From Octopus vulgaris (Eukaryota), in the NCBI GenBank assembly GCA_951406725.2, contig OX597814.1:92566001-92630000 (forward strand): 64,000 nucleotides of DNA. Direction: 5' to 3'. A program made the translations under genes and the position numbers. The notes below the pieces were generated by a model. The model did not search any database. It was not told the DNA's origin and saw only the letters and a list, made by a program, of their open reading frames with translations. Of the stretch, positions 26,901 through 36,461 are shown piece after piece (the first letter of the stretch is position 1; every line of letters begins with the position of its first letter).

Positions 26901-27094
26901 GAATGGCTGAAGATAGTTGTGTGCAAAAGTGCTACACCCTAGCAGTTGAGGGAACCTGTGGAAGAGGTAGACCCAGGAAAACCTGGGACGAAGTGGTGAA
27001 GCACGACCTACGAACTTTAGGTCTCACCAAGGAAATGACTAGAGACCGAGACCTATGGAAGTATGCTGTGCGTAAGAAGACCCGGCAAGACTAG
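23969..27094 (+). CDS. LINE polyprotein: APE endonuclease + reverse transcriptase + C4HC3 zinc finger
   Basis: ~1040 codons without a stop. APE motifs GTLNAGTL, QE, YAP, GDFNG, IDYIL, QHRLV. RT motifs NYRGIKLL, QFGF, FVDLEKAFDRV, GVHQGSVLSPLLF, YADD (26141-26152). RTE-type C-terminus RLRWYGH...GRGRPRKTW. First ATG at 23969. Confidence 0.97.
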   Translation: MNSAKCEFSSSFQLHDGTAPRPWASRVNTFHPLRVGTLNAGTLKGRSGEIVEMLERRRVDVCCMQEIRWRGGSARFLMGKEHRYKIFWAGNTDGVGGVGILIAEKWIDRVIEVIRVSDRILKIRIVLHNRLATIISAYAPQPGLPDGQKDSFYDTLLQTTSLTNDRDLLFVAGDFNGHVGQHAGGFHGVHGGYGYGSRNEEGTRLLEFCDANSLMICNTNFRKPTSHLVTYRSGRHTSQIDYILARKRERWLLINAKTFPGEECTPQHRLVVSDFRIRTKRATRRRPTWRRRVWKLKDPANGQRFRDMLLEAFDEVEGGIATHGVEDNWTFLRDNLLKAADQICGWCKVPLRPKITWWWNNIVDRAIRQKKQAWKAWKNGGSREVYQTARREARRQVYLARGEADKRKFANVLRREDERLEVFRVARQCVRENRDVVGEKCVRMEDGSLVLNEDAKREAWRRHYERLLNEENEWDKESLPNVDPTEGPAIRVDSSVVAKAIRSMKTGKAPGPSGITAEMLKISGSVGYSIVTRIVNQVIHEGVIPNDWCSSIIVNCYKGKGDALDTNNYRGIKLLDQVMKVTERVIAQLIRERVSLDDMQFGFVPGKSTTDAIFLVRQLQEKYLAKGKPLYLAFVDLEKAFDRVPRSLIWWSMRKLGIDEWLVRAVRAMYRDAASKVRVGNEYSEEFRVEVGVHQGSVLSPLLFIIVLQAITEEFKTGCPWELLYADDLALIAESLSELEEKFQVWKQGLESKGLTINLAKTKVLISRKVDQPQTTSGRWPCSICRKGVGRNSIRCTKCKLWTHKRCSNVKGRLTGKIVFVCGRCSGEINTGNVQRPTSTTFQGDKLEVVDSFRYLGDQVSSGGGCAESVTARVRIAWAKFRELLPLLVTKGLSLRVKGRLYDACVRTAMLHGSETWAVTAEDMRKLARNEASMLRWMCNVSVHNRQSVSTLREKLNLRSVSCGVQERRLRWYGHMTRMAEDSCVQKCYTLAVEGTCGRGRPRKTWDEVVKHDLRTLGLTKEMTRDRDLWKYAVRKKTRQD

Positions 27095-27374
27095 TCAGGC
27101 CATAACCCGTGGCCCCTACCTAGGACGTAGTCAGTCCACCTGTGCATACCTTCCTTCTTGTGACACTTGTGAAGACCTGTTGAGGCAAGTGAAAATCAAA
27201 CAAAATCAAAATAGATGAACATCAATGGAATTTGTATCTTTGTGGTACCAGTGCCGGTGGCACACAAGAATACCATCCGAACGTGGGCGTAGCCAGTACC
27301 GCACCGACTGGCCTCCATGCTGTGGGCACGTAACAATCACCATCCAATCGTGGCGGATCGCCAGCCTAATATGG

Positions 27375-28095
27375 CTCCTGTGTCGGTGGCACATAAAAAA
27401 ACACCATCCGAGCGTGGTCGTCTGCTAGCCTTGTCTGGCACCTGTGTCGGTGGCACATAAAAACACCATCCGAGCGTGGCCGTTCGCCAGCCTCGTCTGG
27501 CACCTGTGTCGGTGGCACATAAAAAAAACACCATCCGAGCGTGGTCGTCTGCTAGCCTTGTCTGGCACCTGTGTCGGTGGCACATAAAAACACCATCCGA
27601 GCGTGGCCGTTCGCCAGCCTCGTCTGGCACCTGTGTCGGTGGCACATAAAAACACCATCCGAGCGTGGTCGTCTGCTAGTCTTGTCTGGCACCTGTGTCG
27701 GTGGCACATAAAAACACCATCCGAGCGTGGCCGTTCGCCAGCCTCGTCTGGCACCTGTGTCGGTGGCACATAAAAAACACCATCCGAGCGTGGTCGTCTG
27801 CTAGCCTTGTCTGGCACCTGTGTCGGTGGCACATAAAAACACCATCCGAGTGTGGCCGTTCGCCAGCCTCGTCTGGCACCTGTGTCGGTGGCACATAAAA
27901 ACACCATCCAAGCGTGGCCGTTCGCCAGCCTCGTCTGGCACCTGTGTCGGTGGCACATAAAAAACACCATCCGAGCGTGGTCGTCTGCCAGCCTTGTCTG
28001 GCACCTGTGTCGGTGGCACATAAAAACACCATCCGAGCGTGGCCGTTCGCCAGCCTCGTCTGGCACCTGTGTCAGTGGCACATAAAATCACCCAC
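27375..28095 (+). repeat. 3'-UTR tandem array of ~11.5 units of 61-65 bp, mostly alternating A/B
   Basis: Unit CACCTGTGTCGGTGGCACATAAAAA(A)nCACCATCCGAGCGTGG followed by TCGTCTGCTAGCCTTGTCTGG (A) or CCGTTCGCCAGCCTCGTCTGG (B). Confidence 0.97.
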
Positions 28096-29188
28096 TACAC
28101 TCTCGGAGTGGTTGGCGTTAGGAAGGGCATCCAGCTGTAGAAACACTGCCAGATCTGACTGGCCTGGTGCAGCCTTCAGGCTCCCCAGACACCAGTTGAA
28201 CCGTCCAACCCATGCTAGCATGGAGAGCGGACGTTAAATGATGATGATGATGATGATGATGTGTAACTGTAAAAAAAATATTTCTAAACTAACTATATTA
28301 ACTACATTACCTGAACTTCTTCGCATACAGTTATTTTGAAATGCTTGTCTTCTGATATTTGTGAGTCCATCAAATAAATATTCAACCCTATTAAATGTTG
28401 GCCTTCCTAAACATGAAATAATGATAGTTCCAGCCCTAAATAAATTTAACTTGTATTTTTAAAGAAGTTCTTTAGGATAACATGAAATGTTGAACTTCGG
28501 ATAGAATAAAGTAAAATATAGCTGTGAATAAAAGGTGCATAGATTATGAATTTTGATTGAAGGGACAGTACCAAAAACAATAACAGTACCAGCAGGAACA
28601 GTACCAGATTATGAATTTTGATTGCCTCGAAATAAAAAGTTGCAGGAGGCCTCTAAATGTCATGTAGCAGCCCTGATGTCAGTGTGTGCAACTGTGTACA
28701 TTCGAACATGTATATTTGAGTGTGTAGATCTAAGTGCGTATACACAAACACGTACATCTGAACCCATGTCTCTGTACATCTAGGTCAAGATGTGTAAGCC
28801 TGACTATGTACATTTTTGTATATACACTTGAGTATATGCCTAAATATGTATGCTCGAGTATGTAAGCCTGTGAGTGTATGTATGTGTGCATCAGAGAATG
28901 TATGCATGAGAACATACATCTTATTGCATATACTTGTGTATGCTTCACGTATGCTTGATGCTTATGCTAAAAGTGCATGCCTGAATGTGTGTGCTTGAGT
29001 GTGTACACCAGAACAAATACATTGGAATGTGTACAATTGAATACATGTCTGGTTGTGTATCGTATGTCTATGTGCATATACCTGAGTGTGTAAAAGCAAG
29101 CATGCATACATTTGCATATGCATGAATGTATGTAAGCACAGTTGTATTGTGTGTATACATTTCTTCATTTAATGATCAACAAACTTAC

Positions 29189-29344
29189 CAAAGTTACAAA
29201 TTCTTTATAATTTATGTAAGAATCTTTATTACTGTTGGCTTTTGCCAACATTTTATCAAACTGACGTTTTGGAACATGAGATGTTATGCCAGTGTTCAAC
29301 ATCTCCTCACGAAGATCCTTCAGGGGTATTCCTTGAGGACCATG
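29189..29344 (-). CDS. Rhomboid protease EF-hand exon: HGPQGIPLKDLREEMLNTGITSHVPKRQFDKMLAKANSNKDSYINYKEFVTL
   Basis: Acceptor tttcctgtatttccag and donor TTG|gtaagt; 156 nt, phase 0/0. EF-hand-like loop NSNKDSYINYKE; joins in frame to the 19268-19432 exon. Confidence 0.9.
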
Positions 29345-29628
29345 CTGGAAATACAGGAAAAAATAAAAAAGGGTTAACATTAGTGTTTTTCTAACTTTTT
29401 AATTTTATTTTTTTTACATTGAAACTGTGAAAAAAAGTATTGTTGGCTGTACACCAAGCACCAATTCACTGCATTTCTGAATGTGAAAATAACACAGGAT
29501 GGTTTATTATTGAATACAGAGCAAATATCTCAAAGAACTTTATTCATAAAAACTAGTTCTTCAGTTTCATTGCCAGAAGATATACACTTACATATTTCCA
29601 TCTAGCATAGATATATGTACATGTGCAT

Positions 29629-29654
29629 ATAATAATAATAATAATAATAATAAC

Positions 29655-29731
<77 letters not shown>

Positions 29732-30095
29732 TAATAATAACAATAATAATAATAATAATAATGAAATTATTGTATATAGTGCTCAGGTGCACCACAACTT
29801 GTCAAAAGTGCATATAAAGCATATGCAGTAATGTACAAATGTCTGGAAAATGAACAGTGTATGAGTCAGATACATGCTTGCGTGTGCATGGAGGGGAGAA
29901 AATCAGGTGTAGTGTTGGCGAATCTCAGGAAGCGTGGAAGTTTTGAAGGATGCAGTGCTCCGACAACTAACAACTCTTAGCGTGAAAAAATGTTTCCGAA
30001 AGTCATGGGAGCTGTGCTGTTTTCTGACTTTGTAAACATGTTCTACGGGTGTTAGACAGGTGGAGTTTGAAAAGGTGCTCAGAGTTATTGTTTGT
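29629..30095 (-). mobile_element. CR1 LINE 3' end with long (ATT)n tail
   Basis: Reverse complement of ~6615-6990 with an internal deletion; ~130 bp of (AAT)n at 29629-29762. Confidence 0.88.
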
Positions 30096-30194
30096 AACAG
30101 TTATAGTTTGAAGTATTGTTTGTAATATATCATGAGGAGTTCTGTTGCTCTTCTCATCAGAACTTCTTTTTCTTCTTCTGATATTTGCTGCTAC

Positions 30195-30668
30195 TGGTAT
30201 AAAAGATGGGCTACAGCAAATATTCTGCTCAATACCACAGACTTGCTTGTCAGTATTTTGACCTTAACCAGTTGAGCATGTCCCTTAGTGGCTGACGATA
30301 TGTGCATCTCTGATCACAAGCAGAAGTAGTGGCAAAGCATCATATCCGTGTGTTGAAAGGAATTCTTGGAGGTTTGGATAAGTCACCTTTGGAAACATGG
30401 GTAGTTTGTTCAACATCCTTTAACAATCCTTATTCAGGGACCTTTTGAGTGGGATGGGCTACTCGACCAGAAGAAAATTCTAACTAGGCCCCACCTGCAA
30501 GGTCATGTGCTGTTAATTTTGATATGAGATCACCATGTCACGCACATATGGTTTTGATGCATGTGCCTGGTGTACCCTTATCAGAAGGGTAGTGTATGAT
30601 GGGTATACTGGGCTTCGTATATTTTACCCCAGTGTCACTTTGATGACATGCACTGCTCTCTCACTCAA
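30195..30668. repeat. Probable unclassified interspersed repeat
   Basis: GC-richer block bounded by (CAA/CAG)n. It resembles a repeat I recall from octopus DNA; no second copy in the window. Confidence 0.3.
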
Positions 30669-30726
30669 CAACAACAACAGCAGCAGCAGCAGCAACAGCA
30701 ACAACAACAACAACAATTTAACTTAC

Positions 30727-30750
30727 CTCATCAAATATTGGTTTATATTT
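30727..30750 (-). CDS. 24-nt rhomboid micro-exon: KYKPIFDE
   Basis: Long pyrimidine tract, then ...tttgaag| and a strong donor GAG|gtaagt; phase 0/0. An in-frame TGA just upstream limits its length. It resembles the HWKVLFDQ segment preceding the EF region of vertebrate RHBDL3 (recalled). Confidence 0.72.
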
Positions 30751-31487
30751 CTTCAAATTTCAACAAGAGCAGCAAAATTCAATGATGAAAAGGAAAAAGA
30801 AAGAGAAACAGAATATAGTCTATTTTTATTATTTTCAACAATGCATATAACATTAAAGTACATTGACAAACAAAAAGAAACCAAAGTGATTAAATAATAA
30901 CAGTAATAAATACAACAACAAGAGCAACAACAACCAAACACACCAACAACAGAATGAATAGATAAATGTTACACAGCATACCTCAAGTCAAAATCTAAAA
31001 CAAATACTTATTGAACTATGCGAACTGAACTTTATGCTTCAGCACCTTTTCAATGGAGGTAAAACGACAGAAAAAAGAGAAAAAAAACTTGTTCTGCAAG
31101 TTAAGGACAAATTGCTCATGGTTTGTAACCATGAGATTTCAGTAATAGTTGTGTTCCCAAAATCTTAGTTTGATATATGCAGAAGAGAGCAGGGTGTTTA
31201 TGTGTATTATACACACACATACACATATTATATACATATACACACACACATATATAAATAATTGACCACACATACTCAGTGTACATGATATTGATAAGCC
31301 CAAAAATGGCAAAATATCATTATACATCATTCCTTAATGGGATTGGAGGTGAGTTGTCTCACTTGTCTATGACTTACAGATATTTTAACACCCAGTGCTA
31401 ACAGGGAGCCATCCCTAACATGCTATACCACAGCGAACTGGTGAACAAGCACACTCATGCACACACACACACACACACACACTCGTA

Positions 31488-31530
<43 letters not shown>

Positions 31531-31542
31531 TAAGAGATGCAT

Positions 31543-31862
31543 GTTTTTATGTGCTACTAATAGCTTCATATGTTGAGAAATATCTCAAACATATTCATAT
31601 TCATCAGGCACAAACCACATATCATAGCAAACTAAAAATTGAATGAGAGAAGAAACACAAAAAGTTGAGAAGGAAGCTTAACCATTTTCTTTTTTACTTT
31701 TACATTTTCTGTTTTTTAATCTTCCACATTTTCTATATGCTTCCTTCTCAACTTTTTGCATTTCTTCTCTCATTTAATATTTAGTTCATTATATGTAGTT
31801 TGTACCTGAGGAATATGTGAGGTGTTTCTCAACATATAAAACTATTAGTAACACATAAAAAT
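31543..31862. repeat. Inverted repeat with a degenerate hammerhead motif in each arm
   Basis: Minus 31551-31611: gtgc-CTGATGA-atatg...catat-GAAGC-tatta-GTA-gcac. Plus 31802-31854: gtac-CTGAGGA-atatg...catat-AAAAC-tatta-GTA-acac. Confidence 0.7.
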
Positions 31863-32885
31863 ATAACTTTTTTGGTTGATCTTACCATCACAAAACAGTA
31901 CATTATATATTTATTCTTTTATTATTTTATTTGTTTTAGTCACTTGCCTGTGGCCATGTTAGAGCACTGCCTTGAAGGATTTTAGTCAAACAAACTAACC
32001 CCAAGACTTATTTGTTTAAGCTTGATACTTATTCTATCAGTCACTTTTGCCAAACTCCTAAGTTATGAAGACATAAACACACCAATATCAGTTATCAAGT
32101 GGTTATAAGGGGATAAATACAGACACACACATAGATATATACATACATTTATATATGATGGACTATATTTGTCTTGTTTGCACTGCTAGGCATTTATTCA
32201 AATCCTTATCTTGTCATTCTGGCCACTGAACAACTATGTACAATTCCATAATACTGACATCTATTTAATATATCATTCAGACTAATTTCAGTGATTTTGC
32301 TTTTTTAAATACATTATCTTACATGCAATTACAATTATCAAAAGCAATTAGATAAATTATTTTTGTTGCCCAGATAAAGGACAGGCTCTAATCATAGATT
32401 CTGATCTCCCCAAAGTAAATGGACTCAACCAAATTAACGAAATTGACAACTGTTTTGTGCTGGAATTTCCTTCACCACAACCAAACTCTCTAAACCCAGT
32501 TAAAGAGCCTCTAACCACAATAGCAATATCTAGAGTCAGCAAGACAACTGAATTTGATTTATTATCAAGACAGAAATAACAATTTCTTTTATTCTTTTAC
32601 TTGTTTCAGTCATCCAACTTCAGCCATGCTGGAGCACCACCTTTAAGGGTTTTTAGTTGAAGAAATCAACCCCTGGACTTATTCTTAGTAAGCCTAGTAC
32701 TTCTTCTATCAGTCTCTTTTGCCAAACTGCTAAGTTACAGGGACATAACAACACCAACACTGGTTGGCAAATGGAGATTGGGGAGACAAACACAGACACA
32801 AAGACACACGCACACGTAGATTTATACATATATATATATATTATATAAATATTTATATATATAAAACAGGCTTCTTTCAGTTTCC

Positions 32886-33118
32886 TATTTCTTTACTGCC
32901 CACAAGGGACTACACACAAAGGGGACAAACAAGGACAGATAAATGGATTAAGTCAATTATATCGACCCTAGTGTGTAACTGGTATTTATTTAATCGACCC
33001 CGAAAGGATGAAGAGCAAAGTCGACCTTGGCGGAATTTGAACTCAGAACATAGCAGCAGATGAAATACCACTAAACATTTCACCCGGCGTGCTAACATTT
33101 CTGCTAGCTTGTTGCCTT
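32886..33118 (-). mobile_element. Family A SINE nested in a family B SINE
   Basis: TSD ggcttctttcagtttcc at ~32869 and ~33122. Confidence 0.85.
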
Positions 33119-34954
33119 TGTGGCTTCTTTCAGTTTCCATCTACCAAAATCCAGTCACAAGGCTTTGGTTAGCCCAAGGCTATAGAAGAAGATACTTGCC
33201 CAAGGTACCATGTAGTGGGACTGAACCCAGAACCATGTGGTTGAGAAGCAAGCTTCTTACCACACAGTCATGCCTGTGCCTATATGATAATTTTTATAAA
33301 GACACTTGACAACACTACCCCACCCTGCCCCAAATGCAACATGAGTCATATCTTACTGCTTTTCCCACTTCTTGCTGGATATGGCTCTAATGGGATGATT
33401 TACCTCCTATAAAAACGCTCACAACTTCATTTAAAAAGTTATCTTCATTTGGCATTAATAACACTGCAGCCAACAACTGAAAAACTTGCAAGTTTGTATA
33501 AGCCACAAAACGCATTGAATAAAGTGCTAATTATAATACATTTTTGATATTCTATTTCCAAGAATTTTTTTTTTTTTTCAAAATAAAGTACATCTTACTG
33601 ACGTTAATTTGTTGTAGTTCTTATGTCTTTATAGAATTTTGAATGTTAATATACAATTTTATCTACATTTATATATGGTGCTTTTTTTTTTGTTTTAACT
33701 ATTACAAACATTTTTATATGATGCAGCTGTGATTAATAAACACTGCAAGAAGCAAAATAGTCTCCACCACCACCACCAACTAATAATATTTCTAAAAGAG
33801 GAAAGGCATATACAAAAACTGATAGCGACTGATCTAAATTATCTTCTAAAGAGAAAGTCAGCTAAACAGATTTTGTTTATGCTGACATAAATATCATAAA
33901 GTCAACTGCATTTAAAGTATACTTCCATTAGCTGTGCTTTAAAAAAATTATGCTAGTTAAAAAAACAAAAAACGTTAATCAACTCTTTTACTTGTTTCAG
34001 TCATTTGATTGTGGCCATACTGGAGCACCGCCTTTAGTCGAGCAAATCGACCCCAGGACTTATTCTTCATAAACCTAGTACTTATTCTATCAGTCTCTTT
34101 TTGCCAAACCGCTAAGTTATGGGGATGTAAACACACCAGCATCAGTTGTCAAGCGATGTTGGGGGGGACAAACACAGACACACAAACATATACACACACA
34201 CATATATATATGCATACATACGACAGGCTTCTTTCAGTTTCTGTCTACCAAATCCACTCACAAGGCTTTGGTCGGCCCGAGGCTATAGTAGAAGACACTT
34301 GCCCAAGGTACCATGCAGTGGGACTGAACCTGGAACCATGTGGTTCATAAGCAAGCTACTTACCACACAGCCACTCCTACGCCTACAAAAATGAAACATT
34401 TTATAAATTAATTCAAGAACCTCTGCAACATGAGTTTGTCTTGCATATTCACACAAAGAATCTCACATCTAAATGTGTAACATCATTGTTTTAACATTCT
34501 CTTTCTATGCTTGCATGGATTAGACAGAATTTGTTGAGATGGATTTTCTACAGCTTGATGCCCTTGCTCTCTCACCAATCTTCACCTATTTCCCAGCAAG
34601 GTAATATTTCCCCATGACCAGACATGTTCTCAGAGAATACTAGAAATGAATGACACAGATGGTGTGACAGCGCCAATCATTTACAACTATTACATAATCT
34701 CAAAACAACAAGATTCAAACACACACATACACTGGGCTTCTTTCAGTTTCTGTCTGCTAAATCAACTCACAAGGCTTTGGTCGGCATGGGGCTATAGTAG
34801 AAGATACTGGCCCAAGAGGCCACACAGTGGGACTAAACTTGGAACTATGTGGTTGGAATACAAACTTCTAACCATACAACCATGTTTGCTCCTATACTCA
34901 TGCTAGCACCTAATGTGTGTGTGCGTGTGTGTGTATGTGCGTGTGTGTGTGTGA

Positions 34955-35292
34955 TGACCAATGCTGGTGTCATGTACATTTTGGCCAATGCTGGATTCAT
35001 GTAACTGGCATCCATGCCAGTGGCACATAAAAAGCACCACTTGAGCATTGGGCCTCACGGAGACAATGTAACCAATGCTGGTATCACATGACTGGCACCC
35101 ATGCCAGTAGCATGTAAAAGCACCCATTACACTCTTGGAGTGGTTGGCATTAGGAAGGGCATCCAGTGGTAGAAACCATACCAAATCAGACTGGAGTCTG
35201 GTGCAGCCCTTCAGCTTACCAGCCTTGGTCAAACAATCCAACCCATGTCAGCATGAACAATGGACATTAAATGATGATGATGATGATGATGA
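34955..35292 (+). mobile_element. RTE 3'-UTR derivative
   Basis: Two diverged units plus the conserved tail and (GAT)n. Confidence 0.8.
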
Positions 35293-36259
35293 TACACACA
35301 CACACAAAGAAAGAGTAATTGAATTAAGTGCACATGTCAAAAAACAACAAGACCACTTAATAAAAATATATGAACTAGAAAATATTTTTTAAATGTAATT
35401 TATCCGAAATATGAATTCATGTGATTGTATTTATTTTAGGTATTAATAAACCCAGTCTACATAGTTTATTACTTCTAGCATTCAACTAATTATCTCAGAT
35501 TTCTTCCACATTAGTATATTTGTAAATTATCTGCATAATGATAGGAATATAAAATTCCCAATCAAGAGAGTTGGAAAAAGTCTGAAAGATGTGTACTGTT
35601 ACAAATATAGAAAACCCACAGTATTACTGAAACCAAGAGATGATAGTGTGAACTGATAAGAACTCTGTCCACACATGTTATAATGGCAATGGTATAATTG
35701 AAAGTTCCCATACAGTTGATCAGATATGAGTGAAACCCATAGATGAGCAAGATATAATTGTTGTCAGTCTCACAATCCTGAGGTAGTGAGTTTGATTCCT
35801 GGACCAGACTGTGTGTTGTGTTTTTGAGCAAGACACTATTTCACATTACTCAAGTTGCAATATTACTGGTGTCAATTTGTATTAGCTTTTTCTTTTACCT
35901 TGGGTAACATTGGGGGTGAGGAGAGGGGAGGCTGGTATGCAAGGACAACTGCTGGCCTTTCGTAAACAACCTTGCCTGGACTTGTGCCTCAGAGAGAAAC
36001 TTTCTATGTGCAATCCCATGGTTATTCATGACCAAAGAAGATCGTTAATCTTTACCCTTAGCAACAAGTCAACCCTGATCAATCAAGTCAATGGTCAAAA
36101 GTTTTTCTATTGTGACTATCCCTTTCATCTTTTTTGTATTAGGTTTGCAAGATTCTTGATATGAACACAAAATAGATTTGAGGGAGGGTCATTATGCCAA
36201 TAATAAACACATGTACTAGTTCAATTTCACTTCTTTATTATTAGTCAATTTGCTAGTTA

Positions 36260-36461
36260 TTTAACCAACTAACTGATCGATTGCTTAATCAATTGTTTAA
36301 TCAATCAATAATTTGTAAAAGTTCTTTCATCAGTTGTGACCTCATCAACGACATACCCTCTCTACTCCAGACAGATTTGAAGAACTTTGACAAACAACTG
36401 ATTGAGTGATTAACCAAATGTTTACTCAAATAATTGATTAAATAATTAATCAATTGGTTAA
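36260..36461. repeat. AT-rich imperfect palindrome (MITE-like)
   Basis: ttaaccaa...tttgtaaaagttcttt pairs with gaagaactttgacaaa...ttggttaa. Confidence 0.55.

Larger units (their letters stand above)
21866..28260 (+). mobile_element. Apparently intact RTE-clade non-LTR retrotransposon, antisense within a rhomboid intron
   Basis: 5' tandem monomers, an uninterrupted APE-RT ORF, a structured 3' UTR and a (GAT)n tail. No TSD identified, so the 5' boundary is approximate. Confidence 0.88.

Noticed and set aside
27470-27510. Resemblance of GGCCGTTCGCCAGCCTCGTCTGGC to the HDV ribozyme P3/L3
   Set aside because: I could not build P1, P2, P1.1 or J4/2 of the nested double pseudoknot.
27375-28095. 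CRISPR-like look of the ~62-bp repeat array
   Set aside because: The variable parts are two alternating near-identical variants, not unique spacers; there are no cas genes; the context is a eukaryotic LINE 3' UTR.
27337-28237. Cys/His-rich repeat ORFs (MCHRHRCQ...) up to 218 aa
   Set aside because: Translations of the 3'-UTR array; frames shift with A-run length.
30982-30994. 13-nt AG...GT segment as another micro-exon
   Set aside because: In the phase needed to join KYKPIFDE it contains TGA.
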